From positions 133,734,001 to 133,798,000 of the forward strand of contig NC_086097.1 in NCBI RefSeq assembly GCF_963921235.1: a stretch of DNA of 64,000 nt. Direction: 5' to 3'. The stretch comes from Mobula hypostoma (Eukaryota). Position 1 is the first letter of the stretch; the number at the start of each line of letters is the position of its first letter. Shown piece after piece: positions 24,335-35,890 of this stretch. The position numbers and the translations under genes are program-made. The notes under the pieces are model-generated. The model saw only the letters and a list, made by a program, of their open reading frames with translations, did not search any database and was not told where the DNA came from.

Positions 24335-25908
24335 CAACACCCATCAAAGTTACTGGTGAACGCAGCAGGCCAGGCAGCTTCTCTAGGAAGAGGTACAATC
24401 GACATTTCAGGCCGAGACCCTTTGTCAGGACTAACTGAAGGAAGAGCTAGTAAGAGATTTGAAAGTGGGAGGGGGAGGGGGAGGGCGAGATCTGAAATGA
24501 TAGGAGAAGACAGGAGGGGGAGGGATGGAGCCAAGAGCTGGACAGTTGATTGGCAAAAGGGATATGAGAGGATCATGGGACAGGAGGCCTAGGGAGCATG
24601 AAAAGGGGGAGGGGGGAAAATCCAGAGTATGGGCAAGGGGTATAGTGAGAGGGACAGAGGGAGAAAAAGGAGAGAGAGAGAGAGAGAGAGAAAGAATGTG
24701 TGTATATAAATAAATAACGGATGGGGTATGAAGGGGAGGTGGGGCATTAGCGGAAATTTGAGATGTCAATGTTCATGCCATCAGGTTGGAGGCTACCCAG
24801 ATGGAGTATAAGGTGTTGTTCCTCCAACCTGAGTGTGGCTTCATCTTTACAGTAGAGGAGGCCATGGATAGGTCTAGGAATAGGGTTCCCCTTGTCCTCA
24901 CCTACCACTGAACCAGCCTCCGGGTCCAACATATTATTCTCCATAACTTCTGTCACCTCCAACGGATCCCACCACTAAGCACATCTTTCCCTCCCCCCTC
25001 CGCTTTCCGCAGGGATCGCTCCCTATACGACTCCCTTGTCCATTCATCCCCCCCATCGATCTCCTCCTGGCACTTATCCTTGTAAGCAGAACAAGTGCTA
25101 CACATGCCCTTACACTTCCTCCCTCACCACCATTCAGGACCCCAGACAGTACTTCCAGGTGAGGCGACACTTCACCTGTGAGTCGGCTGGGGTGATATAC
25201 TGCGTCCAGTGCTCCCGATGTGGTCTTCTATATATTGGCGAGACCCGACGCAGACTGGGAGATCGTTTCGCTGAACACCTATGCTCTGTCCGCCAGAGAA
25301 GGCAGGATCTCCCTGTGGCCACATATTTTAATTCCACGTCCCATTCCCATTCTGATATGTCTATCCACGGCCTCCTCTACTGTAAAGATGAAGCCACACT
25401 CAGGTTGGAGGAACAACACCTTATATTCCGTCTGGGTAGCCTCCAACCTGATAGCATGAACATTGATTTTTCAGACTTCCGCTAATGCCCCACCTCCCCC
25501 TCGTACCCCATCCATTATTTATTTATATACACACATTCCTTCTGTCTCTCTCCTTTTTCTCCCTCTGTCCCTCTCACTATACACCTTGCCCAACCTCTGG
25601 GTCCCCCCCCCCCCCCCGGTCTTTCTTCCCAGACCTCCTGTCCCATGATCCTCTCATATCCCTTTTGCCAATCACCTGTCCAGCTCTTGGCTCCATCCCT
25701 CCCCCTCCTGTCTTCTATCATTTTGGATCTCCCCTCCCCCTCCCACTTTCAAATCTCTTACTAGCTCTTCCTTCAGTTAGTCCTGACAAAGGGTCTCGGC
25801 CTGAAACGTCGACTGTACCTCTTCCTGGAGATGCTGCCTGGCCTGCTGCGTTCACCAGCAACTTTGATGCATGTTGATTGAATTTCCAGCATCTGCAGAA
25901 TTCCTCGT
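24335..25908 (+). mobile_element. Penelope-like element (Neptune-type), 5'-truncated, with inverted upstream pLTR and 15 bp TSD
   Basis: aaatgcaataacatg is duplicated at 24320-24334 and 25909-25923. The inverted arm 24335-~24869 mirrors 25365-25875. Contains a GIY-YIG ORF. Confidence 0.92.
25036..25485 (+). pseudogene. Penelope ORF C-terminus: Cys-rich linker + GIY-YIG endonuclease (open over this span, no true start, RT missing)
   Basis: CKQNKCYTCPY linker; FTCESAGVIYCVQCSRCGLLYIGETRRRLGDRFAEH; EQHLIFRLGSLQPDSMN. Upstream RVPLVLTYH motif at about 24881. Confidence 0.9.
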
Positions 25909-26140
25909 AAATGCAATAACATGTTGGTCAGGCACAGAGATACCATGGATATTTTGAGGAATTATTCCAAAAAGCACAGTTAATTTGTTAGGTTGTAAAT
26001 TAATTTCAATTGCTTTAGAAATTGTCGAAAAAACTGACAATTAAACTCCAGTATAGAACAAGACCAAAACATGTGTGTCAGTGTAGCTGTCTCAGTTTTA
26101 CATCTATCACAATAACTATCAACATTAGGAAATATCTTAC
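25909..26140 (-). mobile_element. L1-clade LINE ORF2 Zn-knuckle region, part 2 (continuous with 23833-24334)
   Basis: KIFPNVDSYCDRCKTETATLTHMFWSC, then VLFGIIP...QHVIAF, which rejoins part 1 across the TSD. Confidence 0.8.
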
Positions 26141-26149
26141 AGTCTCTCC

Positions 26150-26965
26150 TTTGTAGTGGACCAGAGGAACTTACAAGTACAAGTAAATAGTTCATTGAAA
26201 GCATTATCACATGTAAGCAGGCCAGTGAAAACAATGTTTAGTCCACTGGTGTTCATCAGTCAGGCACTGAGTACAGGAGTTTAATGTCACCCTATGGATA
26301 CAGATCCATAATTCCTTGATGGTGGTGTCACGGGTAGATAGCCCGTAAAGCAAGCTTTTGGCGCATTGGCCTTCAAGTACAGGAGTTGGGGTGCAATGTT
26401 GAGGTTCTAGAAGATGTTGTTGAGGCCTAATTGATGTATATGTGCAGTTCCAGTCACCTACCTAACTACAGGAAAGATATCAGTAACATTGAACTAATGT
26501 AGAGAAAATTTAAAGGATGTTGCTGGCACTCGAGAACCTGAGTTATGAGAAGAGGTTGAATAGGTTCGGACTTTATTCCCTGAAGCCTAGAAGAGTGAAA
26601 GGAGATTTGATAGAAATATACTTAATTATGAAGGGTATAGATAGGGCAAATGTAAGTAGGCTTTTTCCATTGAAGTTGGGTGAGACTAGAACTAGAGGTC
26701 ATTGGTTAAGGGTGAAAGGTGAAATATTTAAAGGGAGCCTGAGGAGGAACTTCTTCAACTAGAGGGAGTGAGCGTGTGGAATGAGGTGCCAGTGGTGAAA
26801 GTGGTTTCAATTTCAATATTTGAGAGAAAATTCATTAAGTGCACAGATGGGAGGGGTACGGAGGGCTATGATCGAGGTACAGATCGATGGGACTAGGAAG
26901 AATTATAGTTTGACATGGACTAGATGGGCTGAAGGGTCTGTTTCTGTGCTGTAACTTTATGAGAT
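26150..26965 (+). mobile_element. CR1 3' fragment, downstream part of the interrupted copy
   Basis: LSYEKRLNRFGLYSLKPRRVKGDLIEIY...TRTRGH, followed by a CR1 3'UTR. Confidence 0.85.
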
Positions 26966-27217
26966 TGTGAAATATTGTTTAAAACTGTATAATACATTGA
27001 ATCAGAGATTTGAAGTTTGTGTTTCACTGTAAGGGTTAAATAGTGTAGGAATATTTCCTCACTCGATTAATATCAGCATGTTGTATACATTTATCTCCTT
27101 TATCTTCCATGACATACACAATACTCCAAGAACCACCTTTTACTCCTAATTATCAAATGAAATGTGACTGCAATACTTGTACTATGGTCTTTTGTAATTA
27201 GAGCAACCCTTAACCTC

Positions 27218-28480
27218 TCATAGAACATAGAATAGTACAGCACAGTACAGGCCTTTCGGCCCACAATGTTGTGCCGACCCTTAAACCCTGCCTCCCATAT
27301 AACCCCCCACCTTAAAACTCATTCAAAAACTCATTCCACATATCTCCTTACACCTGCACCCCTTTCACCTTCAATGAATATCCTCAAGAATTTGACATTT
27401 CTACAGTGAGAAAAAGATTCTGTCTACCCTGTCTATGCCTTTTTTTTAAAGATTAGATTATGAGGACACTCAGTCCTCATTTATTGTCATTTAGAAATGC
27501 ATGCATTAAAAAATAATACAATGTTCCTCCAGAATGATGTCACAAGGAAACACAGGACAAACCAAGACTAAAACTGAAAAAACCATGTAATTATAACATA
27601 TAGTTACAACTGTGCAAAGCAACACCATAATTTGATAAAGAGCAGACCACGGGCACGGTAAAAAAAAGTCTCGAAGTCCCGATAGCCCCATCATCTCACG
27701 CAGATGGTAGAAGGGAGAAACTCTCCCTGCCATGAACCTCCAAGCGCCGCCAACTTGCCGATGCAGCACCATTGGAAGCACCCGACCGCAGTGGACTCTG
27801 AGTCCATCTGAAAACTTTGAGCTTCCGACCAGCCCCTCCAACACAGCCTCTCCTCTGCTGAGCGCTTCGACCCTGCCCCGGCCGCCGAGCAACAAGCAAA
27901 GCCGAGGACTCAGGGCCTTCTCCTCCAGAGATTCTGGACAACACAGCAGCAGCAACAGCGAAGCAGGCATTTCAGAAGTTTCACCAGATGTTCCTCCGTG
28001 CTCTTACATCTGTCTCCATCAAATCAGGATTGTGCACGGCACCCTACTTAACAAATAACAGCCGGAGTGGCCGCTGTGAGTTGTGTCGCGCCGCCATCTT
28101 CTCCTCCTTCTCCTCCTTGCCTGATCTTATAAACTTCTATCACATCTCCCCTCAGCCTCTGACTTACCTTGTTATTCATCATTTACAATATTTACATATT
28201 TTGTAACTTATAATAATTCTTACATCTTGCACTGCATCACTGCCTCAAAATAACAAATTTCCTAATATATATTAATGATAACAACCCTAATTCTGACTGT
28301 GATGGTTCACAGAAAACAGTTCAAGTTTAGCAATCTCTCCTTACAGCTCATGCCCTCTCAACCAGACAGCATCCTGGTAAACCTCTTCTGCATCCTCTCC
28401 AAAGCCTCCGCATCCTTCCTGTAATGTGGAAACCAGAACTGCACACAGTGTCCATGTGAGGCCTCACCAAAGCTGTACAG
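27218..28480 (-). mobile_element. Composite of CR1 3' fragments hosting a family-B insertion and a short Rex tail
   Basis: catagaacatagaatagtacagcacag tail; antisense CR1 coding sequence at 27330-27440, 28118-28160 and 28310-28480. Confidence 0.65.
27449..28116 (-). mobile_element. Non-autonomous ~650 bp retroposon, family B copy 1
   Basis: Homologous to 39442-40110 (+) and 56777-57444 (-). 5' aagatggcggcg; 3' aatgcatgcatt palindrome, AATAAA and (AATCT)n tail. Confidence 0.85.
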
Positions 28481-28689
28481 CAAATGAGCTAATTAGTCGA
28501 CACCTGTCAGACCAGGGATGATCAATGGCAAGGAACCTCCAGAAACTCGGATGGTGTATACTGTATAATTCCCATAGATCACAGGTTAATCCTGTATTTG
28601 TGTGTTGGGCTGATTTCAAGCCCTTGATCTCCATGAAGAACGTTAAGATCCTACTTGAACAGAATATGGCTGCAGAACTTGGCGTGAGG

Positions 28690-29430
28690 GAATCGGTTTA
28701 TTATCGCCACTGAGATACAGTGGAAGTCTTTTATTTGCACATCATTCAAACAGATTATTCCATACAGAGGTACCTCAAGGTAAAACAAAAGGAAAAACAA
28801 TGAACAGAATGCAAAATATAGTGTTACAGTTGTAGAGCAAGGACAATGCAGGTAGACAGTTAATGAGCAAGGGCCAAGACAAGATAGATTCAGAGGTGAA
28901 GAGTTCATCTTTATTGTACAAGTTGCATTCAAGAGTCTGGTAACAGTGGGAAAGAAGATTTCCTTAAGACTTGGTACATATTCCCAAGTTTTTTTTTGGT
29001 CTTCTGCCCAAAGCAAGTGGGGAGAAAAGAGAATGATCAGGATCTATGTGGCCCTTGATTACCCTGGCTGCTCTTCTGAAGTGTGGAAAATGTAGACAGA
29101 GTGAATGGAGGGGAGGCTGGTTTTCTTGCGCTCACGCTCTCTGCTGCTTCTTGGGGTCTTGGAGTCTTGAGTAGAGTAGTTGCCATACCAAGCTGTGTTA
29201 CATCAAGATATGATGTTTTATATGATGCATCTGTAAAAATGTAATTTCCTTAGCTTTCTGAAAAAGTAAAGATGCTGGTGTGCTTTCTTGGTAATGGTGT
29301 ATATATAGCTCGACTAAGGTAAATTATTGGTGAAATTTACATATAGGAAGCTCTTAATCATCTGCACCTCAGCACCATTGATAAGGATAGGGGCATGTTC
29401 TCCTCCCCACTTCTTGAAGTCAATGATGGG
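28690..29430 (-). mobile_element. Rex1/Babar-like 3' fragment, old
   Basis: Minus strand reads FFPTVTRLLN at the ORF end; aataaaccgatt tail; homologous to 42150-42920 and 53700-54250. Confidence 0.65.
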
Positions 29431-30509
29431 TTATATTGAAAGACTGGAGAAGTTGGGGCTGCTTCTCTAGGATCAGAGATGTCTGAGAAGAAATTAGGAT
29501 GCTGCAGAGAAATGGTTATCCCGATCCAAAAGGACAATGAGTTGTGGTATTAGGAAAAGAATCAGAGGGAACGGAAGAAACTACTGCTGCAAAGATAACT
29601 CACAAACATACAAGGCATAAAGTATAAGGGTATAGATCTTGAGGGGCTTGGCAAGGTAAATGTTGGGATGGTTTCACTAGTCAGACAGTCTTAAGCGAGG
29701 GAATGTAACTGCAGATTAAGTGTCCACTCATTTAAAACTGCAAAGCATAAAAAAATTGTTTACTCAGAGGGTGTAGAATCTCTGAAATTCTCTGCCTTGG
29801 TAGATGATGGAGGCCATATCATTAGAAGTATCAGGTGAAGTTGGAGGACTATTTGAAAGATCAAGGAATAGAGGGGTATAGTCATAACGGGGACACTGGT
29901 GGCAGACCCAAATGCAAGACACAGACACTGAAGTACTAGGAACAGGACTCGAAGTGTCAAGAAAGCAAGGGAAGTGGGGAAGAAAGGACGCTAGACATTG
30001 ACACAGGGCCTAGACGAGACTAGGATGCAGGGCCTGGGCTAGGACATGGACAAGAAACATGGAACCCGGACAAGGAACTAGGAACAAGGAGCCTGGACTA
30101 GTGACACGGAACTCCGGAACCAGAGCCTGGACAAGGACCCAGAACCTGGGTCTTGGTTGGGACTCAGAACCTGGGTCTTGGTTGGGACTCGGAACCCGGG
30201 TCTAGGCTAGCACTCCGGACTAGGATTTTGGCAAGGACAGGACATGGCTACAGAACAGGATGAGAACACAAAGCCGTGGCTAGGACCGGACGAGGTTCTT
30301 GGACGTGGCGAGGACCAGATGAGGTACTCCTGGGCTGGGCGAGGCATAAGGACAGGACAAGACCCCAAAGCCTTGACTTGGTCTTGGAAGACAGGAACAC
30401 AGAACACAGAGCCTTGGTCAAGGGAGAACAGGAACATGGAACACAGAGCCGGGACCCCTCCTTACGAACAGGATGTAGGGCCAGGACTTATACACAGAAT
30501 GCTGAACAC

Positions 30510-30970
30510 AAGACAGTTCCTAACACTAGGTAGCGGCAAATGGCCAGACCTACCTAGCAAAGGCGTAGACACAGATACAGTTCCCAACACAAGGTAACGG
30601 CAAAAGGCCGGACCTACTTAGCGAAGGCGTGGACACAGAGACAGTTCCCAACTCAAGGTAGCGGCAAACAGCCAGACCTACCTAGCCAAGGCGTGGACAC
30701 AGAGACAGTTCCCAACTCAAGGTAGCGGCAAACAGCCAGACCTACCTAGCCAAGGCGTGGACACAGAGACAGTTCCCAACTCAAGGTAGCGGCAAACAGC
30801 CAGACCTACCTAGCCAAGTCGTGGACACAGAGACAGTTCCCAACTCAAGGTAGCGGCAAATAGCCAGACCTACCTAGCCAAGGCGTAGACACAGAGACAG
30901 TTCCCAACTCAAGGTAGCGGCAAACAGCCAGACCTACCTAGCCAAGGCGTGGACACAGAGACAGTTCCAA
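30510..30970. repeat. 64 bp tandem repeat, about 7 copies
   Basis: ggcgtggacac recurs at 30626, 30690 and 30754 (period 64). The last five units are almost identical. Confidence 0.95.
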
Positions 30971-31073
30971 ACAACAAAAGACAAGTTCCTTATCTAGGCA
31001 CAGCAAGGCTCCGGTCTTGCTCCAGCAGTAGAACTTGAAAGCGACATAGGCAAGGCTTCAGGCAGAAGTTGCA

Positions 31074-31136
31074 GGCAAGGCAAGGCAAGGCAAGGCAAGG
31101 CAAGGCAAGGCAAGGCAAGGCAAGGCAAGGCAAGGC
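31074..31136. repeat. (GGCAA)n pentanucleotide microsatellite, about 12 units
   Basis: Directly visible; absent from the homologous position of copy 1. Confidence 0.97.
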
Positions 31137-31894
31137 GAGGCAGAAGGTGAAGAGAAGGGAACAGTCCAGCAAATGAATCTGAACCCAGGAGCTATTTATG
31201 TATCCAGCCCAAAATCAGAATCATGTGCCTCAATTAAGGTACACAACAGGACAAGGGAAAACCGGAAAACCTGGAATACGGATCAATGGACTGGACCGTG
31301 AACCGGAATGTGGACTTCACAGACCGGACCATGACAGGTAAGAGAAATGGCACAGAAGAGTAGGTAAGGCCAGCAAAGATTAACCATGGTCATATTGAAT
31401 GGTGGGACATCAGAACCTATAGTGTCCTGGTAGAGGGTTTTGACCTGAAACATCGACTACTCATTTCCTCCTACAGATGCCAGTGGATTGTTTGTTACTC
31501 CAGATACCAGCATCTGTGTACTCTTGTGTCTCCAATTTGGGGATAGACCTGACAATGGTGAGTGTGGAAAGTATACATCTTTCATTGAAATCAGCTTTCG
31601 TATGTTAGCTAAACCTAGATCATTATAGCCTTTCCACAACCTTAAGGCAGATTTTGACACAACTCTTCTCATGCCTTCACTTCTCTTCCAAGGGTAATCC
31701 ATCTAATTGCTCATTCACAACACAATTAAAGTCACCTCATTCTATATTTAGTAGGCCAGAGTTCACAGCCAAGAGGAGCAATAGATCAGAGGCACATCCA
31801 GGAAATGTATTTCATGCATAAAAAGCCAGCTGCCTAATGTCCTGCCCTAATAACACAATGAGTCCCTACCAGCTGAGCTGAAATTCTCTACTCT

Positions 31895-32110
31895 GAAAAT
31901 CTGCAGATGCCAGAATTCTGATAGAAAAACTGAAAAAGCCAGAATACTTGGCGAGTCAGGCAGCACTTGTGAAACAAGAAACAGGATTAATGTTCGAGAC
32001 GGAATGTGCCCTGATGAAGATTCTCAGCCTGAAATGTCAACTGTTTAATACCCATAGAAGCTGCCTTTCCTGCTGAGTTCCTCCAGGATTTTGTGTGTAA
32101 TTTTCTAGGT
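31895..32110. mobile_element. Two opposed pLTR remnants with a hammerhead-like motif
   Basis: Antisense ctgcagatgc...gtcaggcagca followed by gccctgatgaagattctcagcctgaaatgtcaactgttt...ctgctgagttcctccag. Confidence 0.6.
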
Positions 32111-33334
32111 TGAAATGTTAACTTTTTTTTAACCCACTGGCATTGCTTGACTTGCCAAATGCTCTGGTCTTTTCTATACATGCCTGCTCTCTCAAGATGT
32201 AAAGGATCCCATGGCCACTTTTACGAAGGCAAGGACATGTTGTCCATTATGTATCCTTCAACCATTATCACTAGAAATAGATAACCTGTTAACTTCCACA
32301 GTTCTGTTTCTCAGAACTTGTGGTGCACAAAATCCCTAAAATGTTTTCTATATTACAAAAGTATCTGCCTATATGTGTGCCTCTTTCGTTTTGTAGATTT
32401 TGTAGAAAGTTTTGATGAAATGCAAATCCAATTTTCTTATTTTTATTACTACTGTGCTGTTTACAATAACTCTGCCCTGTGGGAGTCATTTTCACACTCA
32501 CAACACTCACTGAATAAAAATTTTATTTTCAGTTATTTGTTGAATCTAATATTGATATCCCTACCATCTTAAACAATAGTTTTAGATCTCCTGACAGGTG
32601 AAATAGTAATAACACTTGTGTTTGTGGTGTCTCATAAAGCAAATATCATAATGTGCTTGTAAGCACATTTTGGCAAGCTAACTGGCAGGTGAATCTGTAC
32701 CTGGAACAGGAAGAGGTATGGAGATAGAAAACTTGGATGTTTATAGGCTCTGGCCAGGAGCTTGTTCTATACCACAGTTCTGACTGACAACATTATAGCA
32801 GTGCTGTGAGTGAATGAGGAAATAACATAAAATTATCTGTTGTAAGGCAAATAAAGTTAATTTACTCTGCAAACAGAGTCTAATTAAATGCAGACGGAAT
32901 TACGGCATCTGCTCCCAACAAATGCTGCACTTGGAGTGTTGTGTACAGATCTGGTCATCCCACTACAGGAAGGATGTGGAAGGAGTGCCGAAGAGGTTTA
33001 CCAGGATGCTACCTGGATTAACGGGTATTACATATAAGGAAATTTAGGTCAAACTTGGGTTATTCTCTTGAGAAAGGGGAGAGATTTGATAGGTGGGATA
33101 GATTGGTAGGGTAGACAGTCAGAATCTTCTCCCCAAGATAAAACTGTCAGATACCAGAGGACCTGCTTTAAAGGTCAGAGCAACGAAGTTTAAAGCCAAT
33201 GTAAGGGGCAAGTTCTTTTTGCAGAAAGTGATTGGCACCTGGAATGGATTTCTAGTGGAAGCAGACAGTTGGATGAAGTTTAATAGACTTTTAGATACGC
33301 ATATGAACCTGAATGGAAATGGATGATATATAGG

Positions 33335-35090
33335 AAGATGTCATTTTTTTTCAGTTATATAAAGGATAAAAGTGAGGTGAGAGTTGATATTGGACCACTG
33401 GAAAATGATGCTGGTGAGGTAGTAATGGGGGTCAAAGAAATGGCAGATGAACTTAATGGGTACTTTGCATCTGTCTTCACTATGGAAGACACCAGCAGTG
33501 TGCCAGAGGTCCGTGAGTATCAGGGAGCAGGAGTGAGTGCCATTGCTATTTCAAAGGAAAAAGTGCTAGGCAAACTCAAGGGTCTTAAGGTGGATAAATC
33601 TCTTAGTCCAGATGGACTACATCTCAGAGTCCTGAGAGATGTTGCTGAAGTGATAACGGATGCACTGGTCATGATCTTTCAAGAATAACTTGGTTCTGGT
33701 ATGGTCCCGGAGGACTGGAATATTGCAAATGTCACTCCACTTTTTAGGAAGGGAAAAAGGCAAAAGAAAGGAATTTATAGGCCAGTTAGCCTAACCTCAG
33801 TGGTTGGGAAAGCGTTGAATTCTATTAATAAGGATGATGTTTTGAAGTACTTGGAGACTAATGATAAAATGAGTTAAAGCCAGCATGGTTTTTGTAAAGG
33901 GAAATCATGCCTGCCAAATCTGTTAGAGTTCTTCAAGAAAGTAACAAGCAGGGTGGCAAAGGGGAGGCAGTGGATGTCTTAGATTTTTAGAAGGCGTTTG
34001 ATAAGGTACCACACGAAGATGCTTAACATGATAAAATCCTATGGTTTTACAGGAGAGATATTGGCATTGATAGCGAAATGGCTGACAGGCAGGAGGCAGC
34101 GAGTGGGAATAAAAGGGGCCATTTCTGCTGGTGACTAGTAGTGTTCCTCAGGGGTCAGTACTGGGACTGCTGCTTTTCACATTGTTTGCTAATGGAATTG
34201 ATGGCTTTGTGGCAAAGCTTGCGGATAATACAGAGATAGGTGGAGGGGTAGGGAGTGTGGAGGAGGCAATATGATTGCTCCAGAACTTAAACAAATTTGA
34301 AGAATGGGCAAAAAAGTGGCAGATGGAATACAGTGTTGGGAAATGTATGACAATGTTTTTTGTTTTAAGGAACAATAGTGCAGACTATTATCTAAATGTG
34401 GAGAAGGTTCAAACATCAGAGTTGGAAAGGGACTTAGGAGTCCTCGTGCAAGACTCCCAGAAAGTTAATTTACAGGTTGAGTATGTAGTAAAGAAGGCAA
34501 ATGCAATGTTGGCATTTATTTCAAGGGGAATAGAATATAAAAGCAAGGAGATAAAGCTGAGCCTGTATAAAACACTAGTCAATCCACACTTAGAGTATTG
34601 TCAACAGTTGTGGGCCCCATATCTCAAAAAGAATGTGTTGTCTTTCCAGAGGAGGTTCATGAGGATGATTCCGGGAATAAAGGGGTTAACATATGAGGAC
34701 TATTTGGCAGCTTTGTACTCACTGGAATTTAGAAGAATGCAGGGGAAACTCATTGAAACCTACCAAATGTTGATAAGGACTAGATAGGGTGGATGTGGAG
34801 AAGATGTTTCCTATGGTGGCAGTATCCAGAACTAGAGAGCACAGCCTCAGAACTGAGGGACCACCCTTTAGAGCAGAGGTAAGGAGGATTTTTTTTCTCT
34901 GCCAGACAGTAGAAAATCTGTGGAATGCTCTGCCACAGACTGCAATGGAGGCAAAGTCTGTGCGTATAGAAGAAGTTGATCATTTCTTGATCGGTCAGGG
35001 CATCTAAGGGTTGAGTGGGATCCGGGATCAGCCATGATGGAATGGCAGAGCAGACTGGCCTACTTCTGCTCCTGTGTCTTATGGTCTTAT
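33335..35090 (+). mobile_element. CR1 LINE RT-region pseudogene, nested in an older CR1 3' end (32925-33330 / 35090-35170)
   Basis: FFSYIK...GPLENDAGEVV...LNGYFASVFT...SPDGLH.RVL; YRPVSLTS; PQGSVLG; decayed FADD; ERDLGVLV...HLEYC. Confidence 0.92.
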
Positions 35091-35541
35091 TTAGTATAAA
35101 TTGGCATCAAGATCCGCAGAACATTATGGGCTGAATGGCTTGACCATTGTTGTTGCTGTTCTATGTTCTAAAAGGAGATTTATTCTCAGGTATAATACAG
35201 CGAGTGGGGGATTATCATAAATAATCAGACAAAACAAGTCTCTCATTTATACTTGTACAGTCACCATACTTAATTGGCAGGGAACTACGACTGGCTAGCT
35301 AGGAATAGTCAGTAGATGCAGCAGTGCAAAAAAAAAATCAAGTGTAAAGGTAACGGAGGCATGGACCAGAGTTTCAGCAGAGGATGTTTCCATCTTTCGA
35401 CTGAGATAAGAGTTCCAGCTAAGATAGAAATAAGTGGAGTAACATACAATCTCCTGGAAGAACTCAGTGGGTTGAGCAGCATCTGTTGGAGGAAATGAGT
35501 TGTTGAAGTTTCAGGTGAAAGCCCTGTAAAAGGTTAGAAAT

Positions 35542-35890
35542 TGTCAGGAAATGTAGAGGAGTCTTGACTCAAAAGCAGAGCAGCAGAGATGATTAGCAGA
35601 AAACAATAATTTACTGATAAACTGCAAAGTAACAAGCCATGAGGGACCACAAAACAAGAGAGAACAGATACTCAACACAACAAGGTAACTGAAGACTAGG
35701 AACAACTGATTAAGTCTGGCTGGTTCAATGGGCAAACAAAGGACTGTAAATGAGAGCGGTGTTTAAGTAAGCTGCAGGTGATGAGTTAAAAACAAGTGGC
35801 AGGTGAATCCTGTTAGCCGGGAGGAGACTACGAGGTGACTGCCTGTGCACGCTAAACAGAAATCAGTAGCTTTAGGAATGTGGCCTGACA
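35542..35890 (-). mobile_element. Short solo LTR-like element
   Basis: TGTCAGG...CCTGACA inverted termini; layout similar to the other solo LTRs; no clear TSD. Confidence 0.6.

Larger units (their letters stand above)
29880..31336 (-). mobile_element. Solo LTR (Gypsy-like), family A copy 2
   Basis: (A)GTCAT...CATGACA termini with near-TSD ggtat/ggtaa. Collinear with 9653-10753. Splits a CR1 3' end (29600-29879 / 31337-31410). Confidence 0.8.

Noticed and set aside
25783-25812. Active hammerheads in the two arms of the 24335-25908 element
   Set aside because: Both have G8>A in the catalytic core (CUGACAA), predicted to abolish cleavage.
30510-30970. CRISPR-like appearance of regularly spaced repeats
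   Set aside because: Units are contiguous with no unique spacers, there are no cas genes, and the context is a eukaryotic LTR.
32701-32808. Possible minus-strand exon ending CAG|gtacag
   Set aside because: Weak donor; the best acceptor gives stops in all three frames and the alternative peptide is unrecognised.
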